From Macrostomum lignano (Eukaryota): DNA of 64,000 bases. The translations under genes and the position numbers were made by a program. Below the pieces are notes generated by a model. The model was not told where the DNA came from. It did not search any database and was given only the letters and a program-made list of their open reading frames with translations. Shown one piece after another: positions 54,236-64,000 of this stretch. The stretch is taken from the NCBI GenBank assembly GCA_002269645.1, contig NIVC01001726.1, positions 1-64,000 of the forward strand. Direction: 5' to 3'. Positions within the stretch are counted from its first letter, which is position 1, and each line of letters starts with the position of its first letter.

Positions 54236-55887
54236 CGATATTCATCTAAAGTCCCTAATTTTTATCCCAAAGTTCTTTCTTTGAGATAGCCTTTCTTAAA
54301 CGAGCTATATATGTATCTATGTTCAAATAACACACTAGTCAGCCGACAGTGGGGCTGCCTGGAGTATAGTGTTCCAAAAAACTTCTATTATTAATGAGGA
54401 AATAAAAATATTAGCATTGTTTTTAATACAAAGCTAATCATATATCCAATCAATGATTCTACTTTCGTATATGGTAAAATCACTGTCTATGGTCTCTATG
54501 GTCGCTGCGCTCCCCAGGAAGGGACACTCACCCGCCCCACCCTACTCCGCTACATGTATACGACCATAGAGGCTTCCCTGCCAGAGCATTGGGTTTAAGA
54601 CAAAGAGAGCAGTAAAATTAACACAAGTCATGCCCGCCGCGCAAATGCAGAGCAGGAGAGCCCACCAGACAAAAGCAATCTACAGGATTGGCGTTCCATG
54701 GTACTGCAGAGAATCAAAGACTCAGGCTTGGATGTTATCACGGTTTGTTCACACTGCGCTTCCTGCCCCTCTGTTTAGCCCGTGAAAACATCTGACTAAG
54801 CACACATGCGGTCTGACAGTTGATTTACAGTTTTAGTTTTGACTTGTTCGCTATGTGCATCACAAAATGCTAATTCACAGCAGCTCCATCTGGGTGAAGG
54901 CTATGCAGTGTTGAGGCCGTTGATAAAAATCTGAGACTTGGCAAGGCTGCACTGAGGCGCAGTGCTGATTGGCGCACAGGGGTGCACTGAATACACTGGC
55001 GCTTACGGGAAAAATCCAACCCTCTGGAAGTACTGTTGACGACGGTTATTGTGTGCCTGCGTTGCTCCGTTCCGGCACAAAAGTTGACACTATAAAAAGT
55101 AAAAAGTTTTAAGAAGTTCCAATCTTGTATGCAAGTATTTTTATTTTATGTTCCAAGGATGTCAATTAAATGTTGGAACCTTATAAATACACGTGTATTT
55201 ATTGCTGCTGTATCAAGATCTGTCAATATCGTATCCGGATAGGAATAACCACCTCCGTAACTCTAATTGCATTGCTATGGTTACCATGCATCAAATTGAA
55301 AAGCCAAGCGTGCTCGCGCAGCAAATGAAAAATACGCACAAAGAAATAAAAGTTCAAGCGGTGTCCTAACAGTTTGCGAGATTAAAATTTAAGTTCTATT
55401 CATTTAAACTGACTGTTTCCTGTTCATCCCACCAGTCCAAATTAGAGAATTCTTATTCATGCTCGAGGGCAAAGCAGTGCATGCTCAAACGAGTTATCCT
55501 TCTCAGAGGGCACATGCAAGAAAACATACAATACATGCATGTCTACTTTAAATAAAATTACGTCAACATTTTGTAATCCGGAGGGCTTCTCACGAACACT
55601 TGCCTCATGCTAGAGCCTCAAGCTCTGCATGCGAGCACCATTAGGCCGTCACCATGGACTCTCAAAACTGACACCAACTCCAAATTATAAGTAGACCTAA
55701 CCTATAATGAGGAGGCTTAAACCTTATTAAACAGAGGCAACATAACTGAGTTAGGCATCTAAAATCATATTAATCGAATATCTTCAAAAGGCATCCCACG
55801 AACTTTCTGAGAAGCCCTTGGCAGAGCACAGAGACGCCTGAATCAAAACTACAAATAATAATTGTGCGCACTGGGGTAGTTGACTAG

Positions 55888-57663
55888 TTAATTAGGGTCG
55901 AACCCCAGTCGGCTAGTACGACTTGTCGACGTTCTCATCAGCAGGGTGTCGATTCGTCGACGCTGCACTAATCGACGAATTTCCACGTCGCCAAGGTCCC
56001 AATCGTCGCGGGAATCAGCGCCGACGCCGACGCATTCGCCGCTGCTCCTGTCGAGAGCCTCAGCCAGCGGCAGGAAGCGAATCCGCCGCCTGAGGTCGTC
56101 CGTCGAGGCGGCTGCGGCCGGCCCCGCCGCCTGGCGCGCCGCAAACATCGGTTCTTTATGTCGTCGACGAATTATTGAAGGATTCGACGAAAATGTTGTC
56201 GACGAGGCCGACGGCGATGGAGAGTTCGGCCGGGCCGGCGCCTCATCTGCCTGCGGCGTCGCCGACTGCGGTGGCTGCGGTGTCAGGCTGGGCGCGGAGC
56301 GAACTGTTGCGGGCGTCGCCGCGGAGTCGGCAGTCCCGGCGGGTGCCGTTCTTGTCCGGCGGGTCGACGCCGAGCGACGCTGCGGCGGCTGCTGCGGCGA
56401 GTTTGACGGCGGCTCGACGCGTAGGAAATCGCTGCTGCCGCTGCTCTGCAGGCTGCTGGTTGGGAATTGGAGCCGTCGATTGGATGCCTCAGCTGATGCG
56501 ACTTGGAGCACCACTGTCTGAGCTGTGCCGCCCCCCTCCCAGATCCCCAGTTGCTGGGCCACCGCCACTTTCCCAGATCCCCCAACCTCCCAGAGTGTCA
56601 GTTGCTGGGCCAGCCTCCCAGATCCCCAGTTGCTGGGCCAGCCTCCCAGATCCCCAGTTGCTGGGCCAGCCTCCCAGAGTGTCAGTTGCTGGGCCAGCCT
56701 CCCATATCCTCAGTTGCTGGGTTAGCCTCCCATATCCTCAGTTGCTGGGCCAGCCTCCCATATCCTCAGTTGCTGGGTTAGCCTCCCATATCCTCAGTTG
56801 CTGGGTTAGCCTCCCATATCCTCAGTTGCTGGGCCAGCCTCCCATATCCTCAGTTGCTGGGTTAGCCTCCCATATCCCCAGTTGCTGGGCCAGCCCATAT
56901 CCTCAGTTGCTGGGCCAGCCTCCCATATCCTCAGTTGCTGGGTTAGCCTCCCATATCCCCAGTTGCTGGGCCAGCCTCCCATATCCCCAGTTGCTGGGCC
57001 AGCCCAGATCCTCAGTTGCTGGGCCACCTGTCCAAATCCCCGTTCTGTTTTCGCACCTATTTGCACCGAGGAGCATCAATGGTTTTATGTTTTATGACCG
57101 CAGAGTGAATCCGCAACTCACGAGGACGCGTAGCTGGCCTGCTCGCTCCACCGGTGCTTCGCGATCACCTTCTCAGCCAGTTTCGAGGACCGACGATTCG
57201 AGCGCGGACCGGCGCACGGCGCGGCCTCCTGGGTGCGCGCCACGGACAAGCGGCTCTTCAGGTCGGCCACCGGAGGCGAGCCGGCCGAACCGCAGCTGGC
57301 GGCGGTGGCGGTGGCGCGGCCACCCTTCGGCTTGAAGCAGCTCCGCCTGCGGTACTCGGGCGCGTAGCTGCCCAGGTCGAAATCCGACGATCTGCTGTCC
57401 ACCGTGTCGGTGTCGCGCAGGTTCTGGCAGACGTGCCAGACGGTGGACTTGTCGCCGCCCAGCACCCGGCTGACGATCTCTCGCTCCTCTTCAGACAGCG
57501 ATCGAAGTCGGGATCCGCAGATGTCGCCACCAACAATTCCGCTGACGGCGCTGCTGATGCTGAACTCCGGCCGTTTCGCACGAGCTTGCCGCTGCTGCCG
57601 CTGCGCCGGGTTGGTCATGCTGTGGCGCGGCAGGTGGCTGGATGACTGAACAATTGACCTCAA
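55888..57663 (-). CDS. Unidentified GC-rich, Ser/Arg/Ala-rich gene; exon ~57663-57122 and exon from 56517, intron filled by a minisatellite
   Basis: GC-rich exon-like blocks with a GTGAG donor at 57121 and a CAG acceptor at 56518. The frame of the second exon is ambiguous (the spliced frame stops at 56283; an alternative frame runs to 55888). No domain recognised. Confidence 0.5.
56525..57030. repeat. 28-bp minisatellite (CCCAGATCCCCAGTTGCTGGGCCAGCCT), inverse of the 22600-23170 array
   Basis: Directly visible; the reverse complement matches the RNF146-intron unit. Confidence 0.95.
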
Positions 57664-57879
57664 ACTGATCGATGGACTTGGCTAGTGGCATCCCCTGCTG
57701 CCGCTGTGGCTGTGCGAGAAATTGCAGCTGCTGATTTTGTTAACTTTGACCATAGAGTTCAGGGTGTTCTATAAATAGCATCTGGACTGAGTTTTATCAC
57801 ATGGATGTCAAAATTCAGTGGCGGGTGACTTGCGATGTTCAAGTATACTTTTTCAGCGAGCAGTCCATCTTCCCTCTCT

Positions 57880-58580
57880 GTCTCATCTGCTCACCCTCTC
57901 CTCTGCCTCACTCTCTCTCCCTCTCGTCTTCCTCACCCTCTGCTTTGCCTTACCATCTCCTCTGCCTCACCCTCTCCTCTGCCTCACCCTCTCCTCTGCC
58001 TCACTCTCTCTCCCTCTCGTCTTCCTCACCATCTCTTCTGCCTCAATCTCTCTCCCTCTCGTCTTCCTCACCATCTCTTCTGCCTCACCCTCTCCTCTGC
58101 CTCACCCTCTCCTCTGCCTCACCCTCTCCTCTGCCTCACCCTCTCCTCTGCCTCACCCTCTCCTCTGCCTCACCCTCTCCTTCGCCTCACCCTCTCTTCT
58201 GCCTCACCCTCTCCTCTGCTTCACCCTCTCCTCTGCCTCACCCTCTCCTTCGCCTCACCCTCTCTTCTGCCTCACCCTCTCCTCTGCTTCACCCTCTCCT
58301 CTGCCTCACCCTCTCCTCTGCCTCACCCTCTCCTCTGCCTCACCCTCTCCTCTGCCTCACCCTCTCTTCCTCTCCTCTGCTCTCCTTCTCCTCTGCCTCA
58401 CCCTCTCCTCTGCCTCACCCTCTCCTTCGCCTCACCCTCTCTTCTGCCTCACCCTCTCCTCTGCTTCACCCTCTCCTCTGCCTCACCCTCTCCTCTGCCT
58501 CACCCTCTCCTCTGCCTCACCCTCTCTTCCTCTCCTCTGCTCTCCTTCTCCCCTGCCTCACCCTCTCTCCCTCCGCTTTT
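57880..58580. repeat. 17-bp CT-rich minisatellite (CCTCTGCCTCACCCTCT)
   Basis: Directly visible. Confidence 0.93.
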
Positions 58581-59482
58581 CTATCTGCATCTTCCAAAAG
58601 CTGCCCATTATTTAGCATCGGGGCAGTAGAATTGATGTCTCATTTGTATCTTCTATAGAAATTATCATAAAAAAAATAATGCAAAAAAGCATTCAAGGAT
58701 TTCACTAAAAAAAATTGTCAAAATTACTCAATATCTCGATTTCTAATCGAGAGGATTGCTAATCTATCCAACATGAATGAAGACACAGAACAGTTTGCTC
58801 ATTTAACAGACAGGTACAAGTGATGAAAGTTGAGGCCAAGGACTACTAGACTAGAACGAATATATAACGAAGTGTTCCTAGTGGTCCTTGGTTGAGGCGG
58901 GCTGGGCACTCCCCAGAAGCAATATGCTTCCCGTCACAGTCTGCAAGGGACAGAAAGCGGAAACTTAAGCTGGCCGTCACACCGCACAGTTTGGCTTCCT
59001 CTTCTTTAAGCAACGTTGCTGCCCCCATGCAGACTCCCCCTCATCATAATCCTATTTTTAACTGGAGGCCACAGAGAGGCCTAACGGAGTCCTCGTAGTT
59101 TACTCTTAGTTTTCCCTTCCATCTCTCTCCCTCCCTCCCCTCCTAGCAAGGTAGCTACTTAGCTCCTGGTGCCCAAACTGCGTGGCAACAGACAGCGCTG
59201 CCACCCCCTCACTCCCCTCTCCATCAGCCGCCACCCAGCCTCCATAGACAGCTCCGCGCCAATACAAGCCGCTATATAGAATTATAAATTTTGAATTCCT
59301 CTCTCAATTCATCCAATAGAACTGAACTCTGAACTCAAATGAAACGCAGCAACAGCCCACTGCTGCAGCATCCGCAGGCATTGCCGCCTCAGTTATCTAA
59401 GCTGAAGTTTTTCCGCAGCTCAGCACCGCAGCATCATCGCCTGTTGACCTGCCGCTGCCGCTGCAGAGCGGCTCAGCTTCAC

Positions 59483-62400
59483 ATGAGCTTTCTTCATCAT
59501 TTCCTACCGAGCTATCGACAGTTAGTTTACATTGTCGCAGTTGCACTGCTGTGCTACATCAGCTATCAGCAGCGCTGGGTCTACGTGACCTGGGATGACC
59601 CCGACTCGCCGGCCAGCCAGCAGCGGCAGCAGCAGAGCCGGGAGGAACTCCACCGGCTGCAGGCGGTCCGACACGTGCAGCAGCAGGCGCTGGGGCTGAA
59701 GGGTCTGTCAAGGGGTTGGTGCCAGGTTTCCAATGTGGAGCTGTTGTGCCTCAGCTAATCAGGATCGCAAATACCTGCATGTACCTACATGTCTATAGAT
59801 AAATACTAGCAATCTAGTGCCCCCTTCGGGGCGCCCAAATGGCAAAGAGCAAGAATTATTCATGCAAATTAATTAAAAAAGCACATCTCCTTCTTCAGAT
59901 TTTTAAATCACCTTAATAATGTAAAAATTGTCACGGACAAAGATTTTTGCTATGAATCTCTTCTAAAGCCTCAACAAAGATAACAGGCGTCCCCCCTAAA
60001 TAGAAAGCATCCCCAAGACAACAAGCACCCACCCACCCCCTCCCAAATAGCAAGCATCCCCCGATAGCAAGCATCCCCAGATAGCAAGCATCCCCCGATA
60101 GCAAGCATCCCCCGATAGCAAGCATCCCCCGATAGCAAGCATCCCTCGATGGCAAGCACCCCCAGATAGCAAGCACTCCAGATAGCAAGCATCCCCCCAT
60201 AGCAAGCATCCCCCGATAGCAAGCATCCCCCGATAGCAAGCATCCCCGATAGCAAGCATCCCCCATAGCAAGCATCCCCCGATAGCAAGCATCCCCCGAT
60301 GGCAAGCACCCCCAGATAGCAAGCACTCCAGATAGCAAGCATCCCCCGATAGCAAGCATCCCCCGATAGCAAGCATCCCCCCATAGCAAGCATCCCCCGA
60401 TAGCAAGCATCCCCAGATAGCAAGCATCCCCCGATAGCAAGCATCCCCCGATAGCAAGCATCCCCCGATAGCAAGCATCCCTCGATGGCAAGCACCCCCA
60501 GATAGCAAGCACTCCAGATAGCAAGCATCCCCCCATAGCAAGCATCCCCCGATAGCAAGCATCCCCCGATAGCAAGCATCCCCAGATAGCAAGCATCCCC
60601 CGATAGCAAGCATCCCCCGATAGCAAGCATCCCCCGATAGCAAGCATCCCTCGATGGCAAGCACCCCCAGATAGCAAGCATCCCCCGATAGCAAGCATCC
60701 CCCGATAGCAAGCATCCCCCGATAGCAAGCATCCCCCATAGCAAGCATCCCCCATAGCAAGCATCCCCCCATAGCAAGCATCCCCCCATAGCAAGCATCC
60801 CCCCATAGCAAGCATCCCCCGATAGCAAGCATCCCCCCGATAGCAAGCATCCCCCCATAGCAAGCATCCCCCGATAGCAAGCATCCCCGATGGCAAGCAC
60901 CCCCAGATAGCAAGCACTCCAGATAGCAAGCATCCCCCCATAGCAAGCATCCCCCGATAGCAAGCATCCCCCGATAGCAAGCACTCCAGATAGCAAGCAT
61001 CCCGCAGATAGAAAGCTTCCTTCGATAGCAACCCCCCCAAATACGAGCTACAATAGCAAGCAGCCCCCTGATATCGTCCTAAAGTCCCACAAACCAACGC
61101 TGAGGCAATTCTGCCCATTCCGCTGCCTCCTGAGCACAGACAAGCGCGCCAATACTGTACGCAGGCACTGCACTCATGCACATGCTCACACAGGGTGTAC
61201 ATCGGCCCTGGCACTTTCCAATCGTCAGGCATGTACACTCTTTGCGTCTTGTAGTTGATCCTCATGGCTGTGAATCGCACGAAAAGCCACTGGCCACTGA
61301 AATATCGAATGTACATTGGAACAGCTAGATTAGGGAGGGAATTCCGAGTGTTCTAGAGAATTGTTACTTAGCACACTCCAGTTAGGTTTGGGAATTCTTA
61401 ATGTACGCCAGATCAACTAGAAAGGGGGTCCCTAATGTACACTATATCAACTAGAATGGGGAATCCCGAATTTACACTATATCAACTAGAATGGGGAATT
61501 CCGAATGTACACTATATCAACTAGAATGGAGGAATCCCGAATGTACACTATATCAACTAGAATGGGGGAATCCTCTATGTACACCGGATCAAATAGAATG
61601 GGGGAATCCCGAATGTACACGATATCAACTATAATGGGGGATCCCGAATGTACATTATATCAACTAGAATGGGGAATTCCGAATGTACACTATATCAGCT
61701 AGAATGGGGGAATCCCGAATGTACACTATATCAACTAGAATGGGGGAATCCTCAATGTACACCGGATCAACTAGAATGGGGGAATCCCGAATGTACACCG
61801 GATCAATTAGAATGGGGAATCCCTAATGTACGCCGGATCAACTAGACTGGGGGAATCCCTAATGTACACGATATGCATAGTTCGGCAGGCAACCCCAACG
61901 AACTCTTGACACCCTGCAAACACTGCAGACAGCCGGGTCGAAGAGCTCATCAGGCAGATCGCCGCCTCGGGCCAGTCGGACTCAGTCAGAATGAATCGAA
62001 GCGACGATCCAAAGAAATGCCGGGACCGTCTGCCTCCGCTGTTCCACCAGATCTACGCCGGCAGAAGCATACCGGAGGCCTACCGCGGCCACCTGCTGTC
62101 CTGCCTGCGGCTCAACTATCCCGACTTCGCTTACGTGCTCTGGACTGACGACGACGCGGCCGCCTTTCTCGCCGACAAATTCCCGGTGCACTCGGCCATG
62201 TTCTCCGGCTATGCGAAAGCTTTGCAGAGGTCGGATGCGCTGCGCTACTTCATATTGAGCTATTTTGGTGGTGAGCGGCTCCGGCGTCTGACCTAAAACT
62301 GGCCTAAACCTCACCTAAACCTAGCCTTGACCTGACCTAAGCCAGACTTAGACTGAAGCCTCCTACCCTAAAACTGATCTAAACCTTACCAAAATCTGGT

Positions 62401-63092
62401 CTAAACCTGACTTAAGTCTGAATCAACCCTGACCTAATACTGACCTAAACTTCACGGGCATAAACCAAACTTAAATGTACACGTAAAAGTTATCAAAACC
62501 TGACCCAAGTCTGACCAAGGCCTAGGCTAAAACAGGCCCAAACCTTATAAAAAAACTTAAACATAAACTCAAACTTAAACCTTAAACATAAATTAACCTT
62601 GACTTAAAATTGGCTTAAACCTGGAGTATACCAAACGTTAACCTAAACTAGATGCATCCCAAACCTGACCTAAACCTGGCCTGTCCAAAATTTGACCTAA
62701 ACTTGGTCAACTAACTAACTGCAGGCTAAACTAAACTCGCCTTAAACTTGATCTACCCCAGCCTACTTGTAAATCTAATCCTGACCTAAGCTTAAGCAAG
62801 TCGCACTAGAGAAATATTTAGAACCAAACCAAGTAAACAAAGTCGATTAAAAAAAAACTTTCAATAAACCAAAATTAATCTCCAGGCATCTACGCCGACA
62901 TGGATGTGCAGTGCCTGCGCCCGTTCAACCGCCTGGCCGCGGCCGAGTCCTGTTTCCTGGACCAGGAACGCTGGGAGCAGAGCCAGATTCTCCACGGCAC
63001 CGAGTTCGCCGCTATGAACTCCGTGATGGGCTGCGGCAAGCGGCATCCGTTCTTTGATGTCGTCATCGCCAGGTTGAAGCGCACTAGCAAAG
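59483..63092 (+). CDS. GT32 (DXD-motif) glycosyltransferase, SUR1/Och1-like type II membrane protein; exons 59483-~59702, ~61929-62270, 62886-63092, continuing past 63850
   Basis: N-terminal TM segment (LVYIVAVALLCYISY); PPLFHQ...IP...PDFAYVLWTD...RSDALRYFILSYFGG|GIYADMDVQCLRP...NSVMG...HPFF matches the Gly_transf_sug pattern. The exon 2/3 junction is in phase; the exon 1/2 junction and exon 4 are uncertain. Confidence 0.88.
59806..59835 (-). mobile_element. Helitron-like 3' terminus (GCCCC-GAAG-GGGGC hairpin, 9 nt, CTAG|T)
   Basis: The minus strand reads GCCCCGAAGGGGGC ACTAGATTG CTAG T. Confidence 0.45.
60040..61010. repeat. 16-17-bp minisatellite (GATAGCAAGCATCCCCC) in GT32 intron 1
   Basis: Directly visible. 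Confidence 0.95.
61084..61296 (-). repeat. Copy 2 of the unidentified ~210-bp dispersed repeat
   Basis: The reverse complement aligns with 2014-2220. Confidence 0.8.
61430..61870. repeat. ~36-bp minisatellite (AATGTACACTATATCAACTAGAATGGGGAATCCCG)
   Basis: Directly visible. Confidence 0.9.
62290..62800. repeat. Highly degenerate CCTGACCTAAAC-type repeat in GT32 intron 2
   Basis: Recurrent ACCTAAAC/CCTGACC motifs. Confidence 0.65.
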
Positions 63093-63134
63093 GTCTGGTT
63101 GGACGTTGCAGTTCATATCGTGTCCTCCTTCCTA

Positions 63135-63830
63135 TAGGCTAGATTAGCAATCCATTCTATTCCTTCTGTTGATGTTGGATAGATTAGCAATCCATTCTAT
63201 TCCTTCTGTTGATGTTGGATAGATTAGCAATCCATTCTATTCCTTCTGTTCCTGTTGGATGGATAAGCAATCCATTTTATTCCTTTCGTTGATGTTGGAT
63301 AGATTAGCAATCCATTTTATTCCTTTCGTTGATGTTGGATAGATTAGCAATCCATTCTATTCCTTCTGTTCCTGTTGGATGGATAAGCAATCCATTCTAC
63401 TCCTTCTGTCCATGTTAAATAGATTAGCAATCCATTCTACTCCTTCCATCCATGTTAAATAGATTAGCAATCCATTCTATTCCTTCTGTCCATGTTAAAT
63501 AGATTAGCAATCCATTCTACTCATTCCGTCCATGTTAAATAGATTAGCAATCCATTCTACTCCTTCTGTCCATGTTCAATAGATTAGCAATCCATTCTAT
63601 TCCTTCTGTCCATGTTCAATAGATTAGCAATCCATTCTACTCCTTCTGTCCATGTTCAATAGATTAGCAATCCATTCTACTCCTTCTGTCCATGTTCAAT
63701 AGATTAGCAATCCATTCTACTCCTTCTGTCCATGTTCAATAGATTAGCAATCCATTCTACTCCTTCTGTCCATGTTAAATAGATTAGCAAGCCATTCTAC
63801 TCCTTCTGTCCATGTTCAATAGATTAGCAA
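63135..63830. repeat. 40-bp minisatellite (AGATTAGCAATCCATTCTATTCCTTCTGTTGATGTTGGAT) x~17 in a GT32 intron
   Basis: AGATTAGCAA at 63181, 63221, ... Confidence 0.96.
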
Positions 63831-64000
63831 GTTTGTTTTTCTTTCCCAGTCGATGACGCCAAACTGTTGCCAACTTTATTAATCCGACAATGCCCTCTTT
63901 TGTGAGCCATATTTGCCAGACCACCGGAGCCGAAAGCCAGACGCACCTCTAGAAGCAGTCATCCCGCGTTCCCCATCCAGCGAAGCAAAAATTTGCTTTC

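Noticed and set aside
52240-55100. Complete LTR retrotransposon
   Set aside because: No direct terminal repeats, PBS, protease, RT or integrase motifs were found; at most a gag-like remnant.
59931-61316. Cys/Gly-rich 461-aa ORF and overlapping ORFs
   Set aside because: Mostly the 16-17-bp minisatellite; only the first ~75 codons derive from the dispersed repeat, discussed separately.

Overview
Eukaryotic (animal) genomic DNA. Short GC-rich exons sit in introns and intergenic tracts packed with many unrelated minisatellites. Gene content and architecture would fit a free-living flatworm such as Macrostomum, but this is inference and cannot be confirmed from the sequence. Host genes recognised by exon-level translation and GT-AG junctions: the 3' half of an anosmin-1/KAL-1-like FN3 protein (+), CCT7 (-), SPAG1 (-), RNF146/iduna (-), CDK9 (+), a GT32 SUR1/Och1-like glycosyltransferase (+), and an unidentified GC-rich gene (-). 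The most informative feature is an 8,356-bp EnSpm/CACTA-type DNA transposon (23189-31544) with perfect 35-bp terminal inverted repeats (TIRs), inserted antisense in the RNF146 intron. It carries a DDE transposase with a tandemly duplicated 77-bp intron and two in-frame stops, a short orphan ORF, a spliced accessory gene with a coiled coil and a BEN-like domain, and CCGG-rich subterminal repeats. Also present: an inverted pair of tRNA-headed CORE-like SINEs around the last CDK9 exon, a 112-bp MITE with an 8-bp target-site duplication (TSD), a Helitron-like 3' end, a three-copy ~210-bp dispersed repeat, DnaJ and F-type lectin pseudogenes, and CpG-depleted AT-rich blocks. Most start codons have a splice acceptor shortly upstream, consistent with SL trans-splicing or 5'UTR introns. 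Several conserved genes carry single-base indels that are most likely consensus-sequence errors. All protein assignments come from recalled family motifs; no database searches were run.
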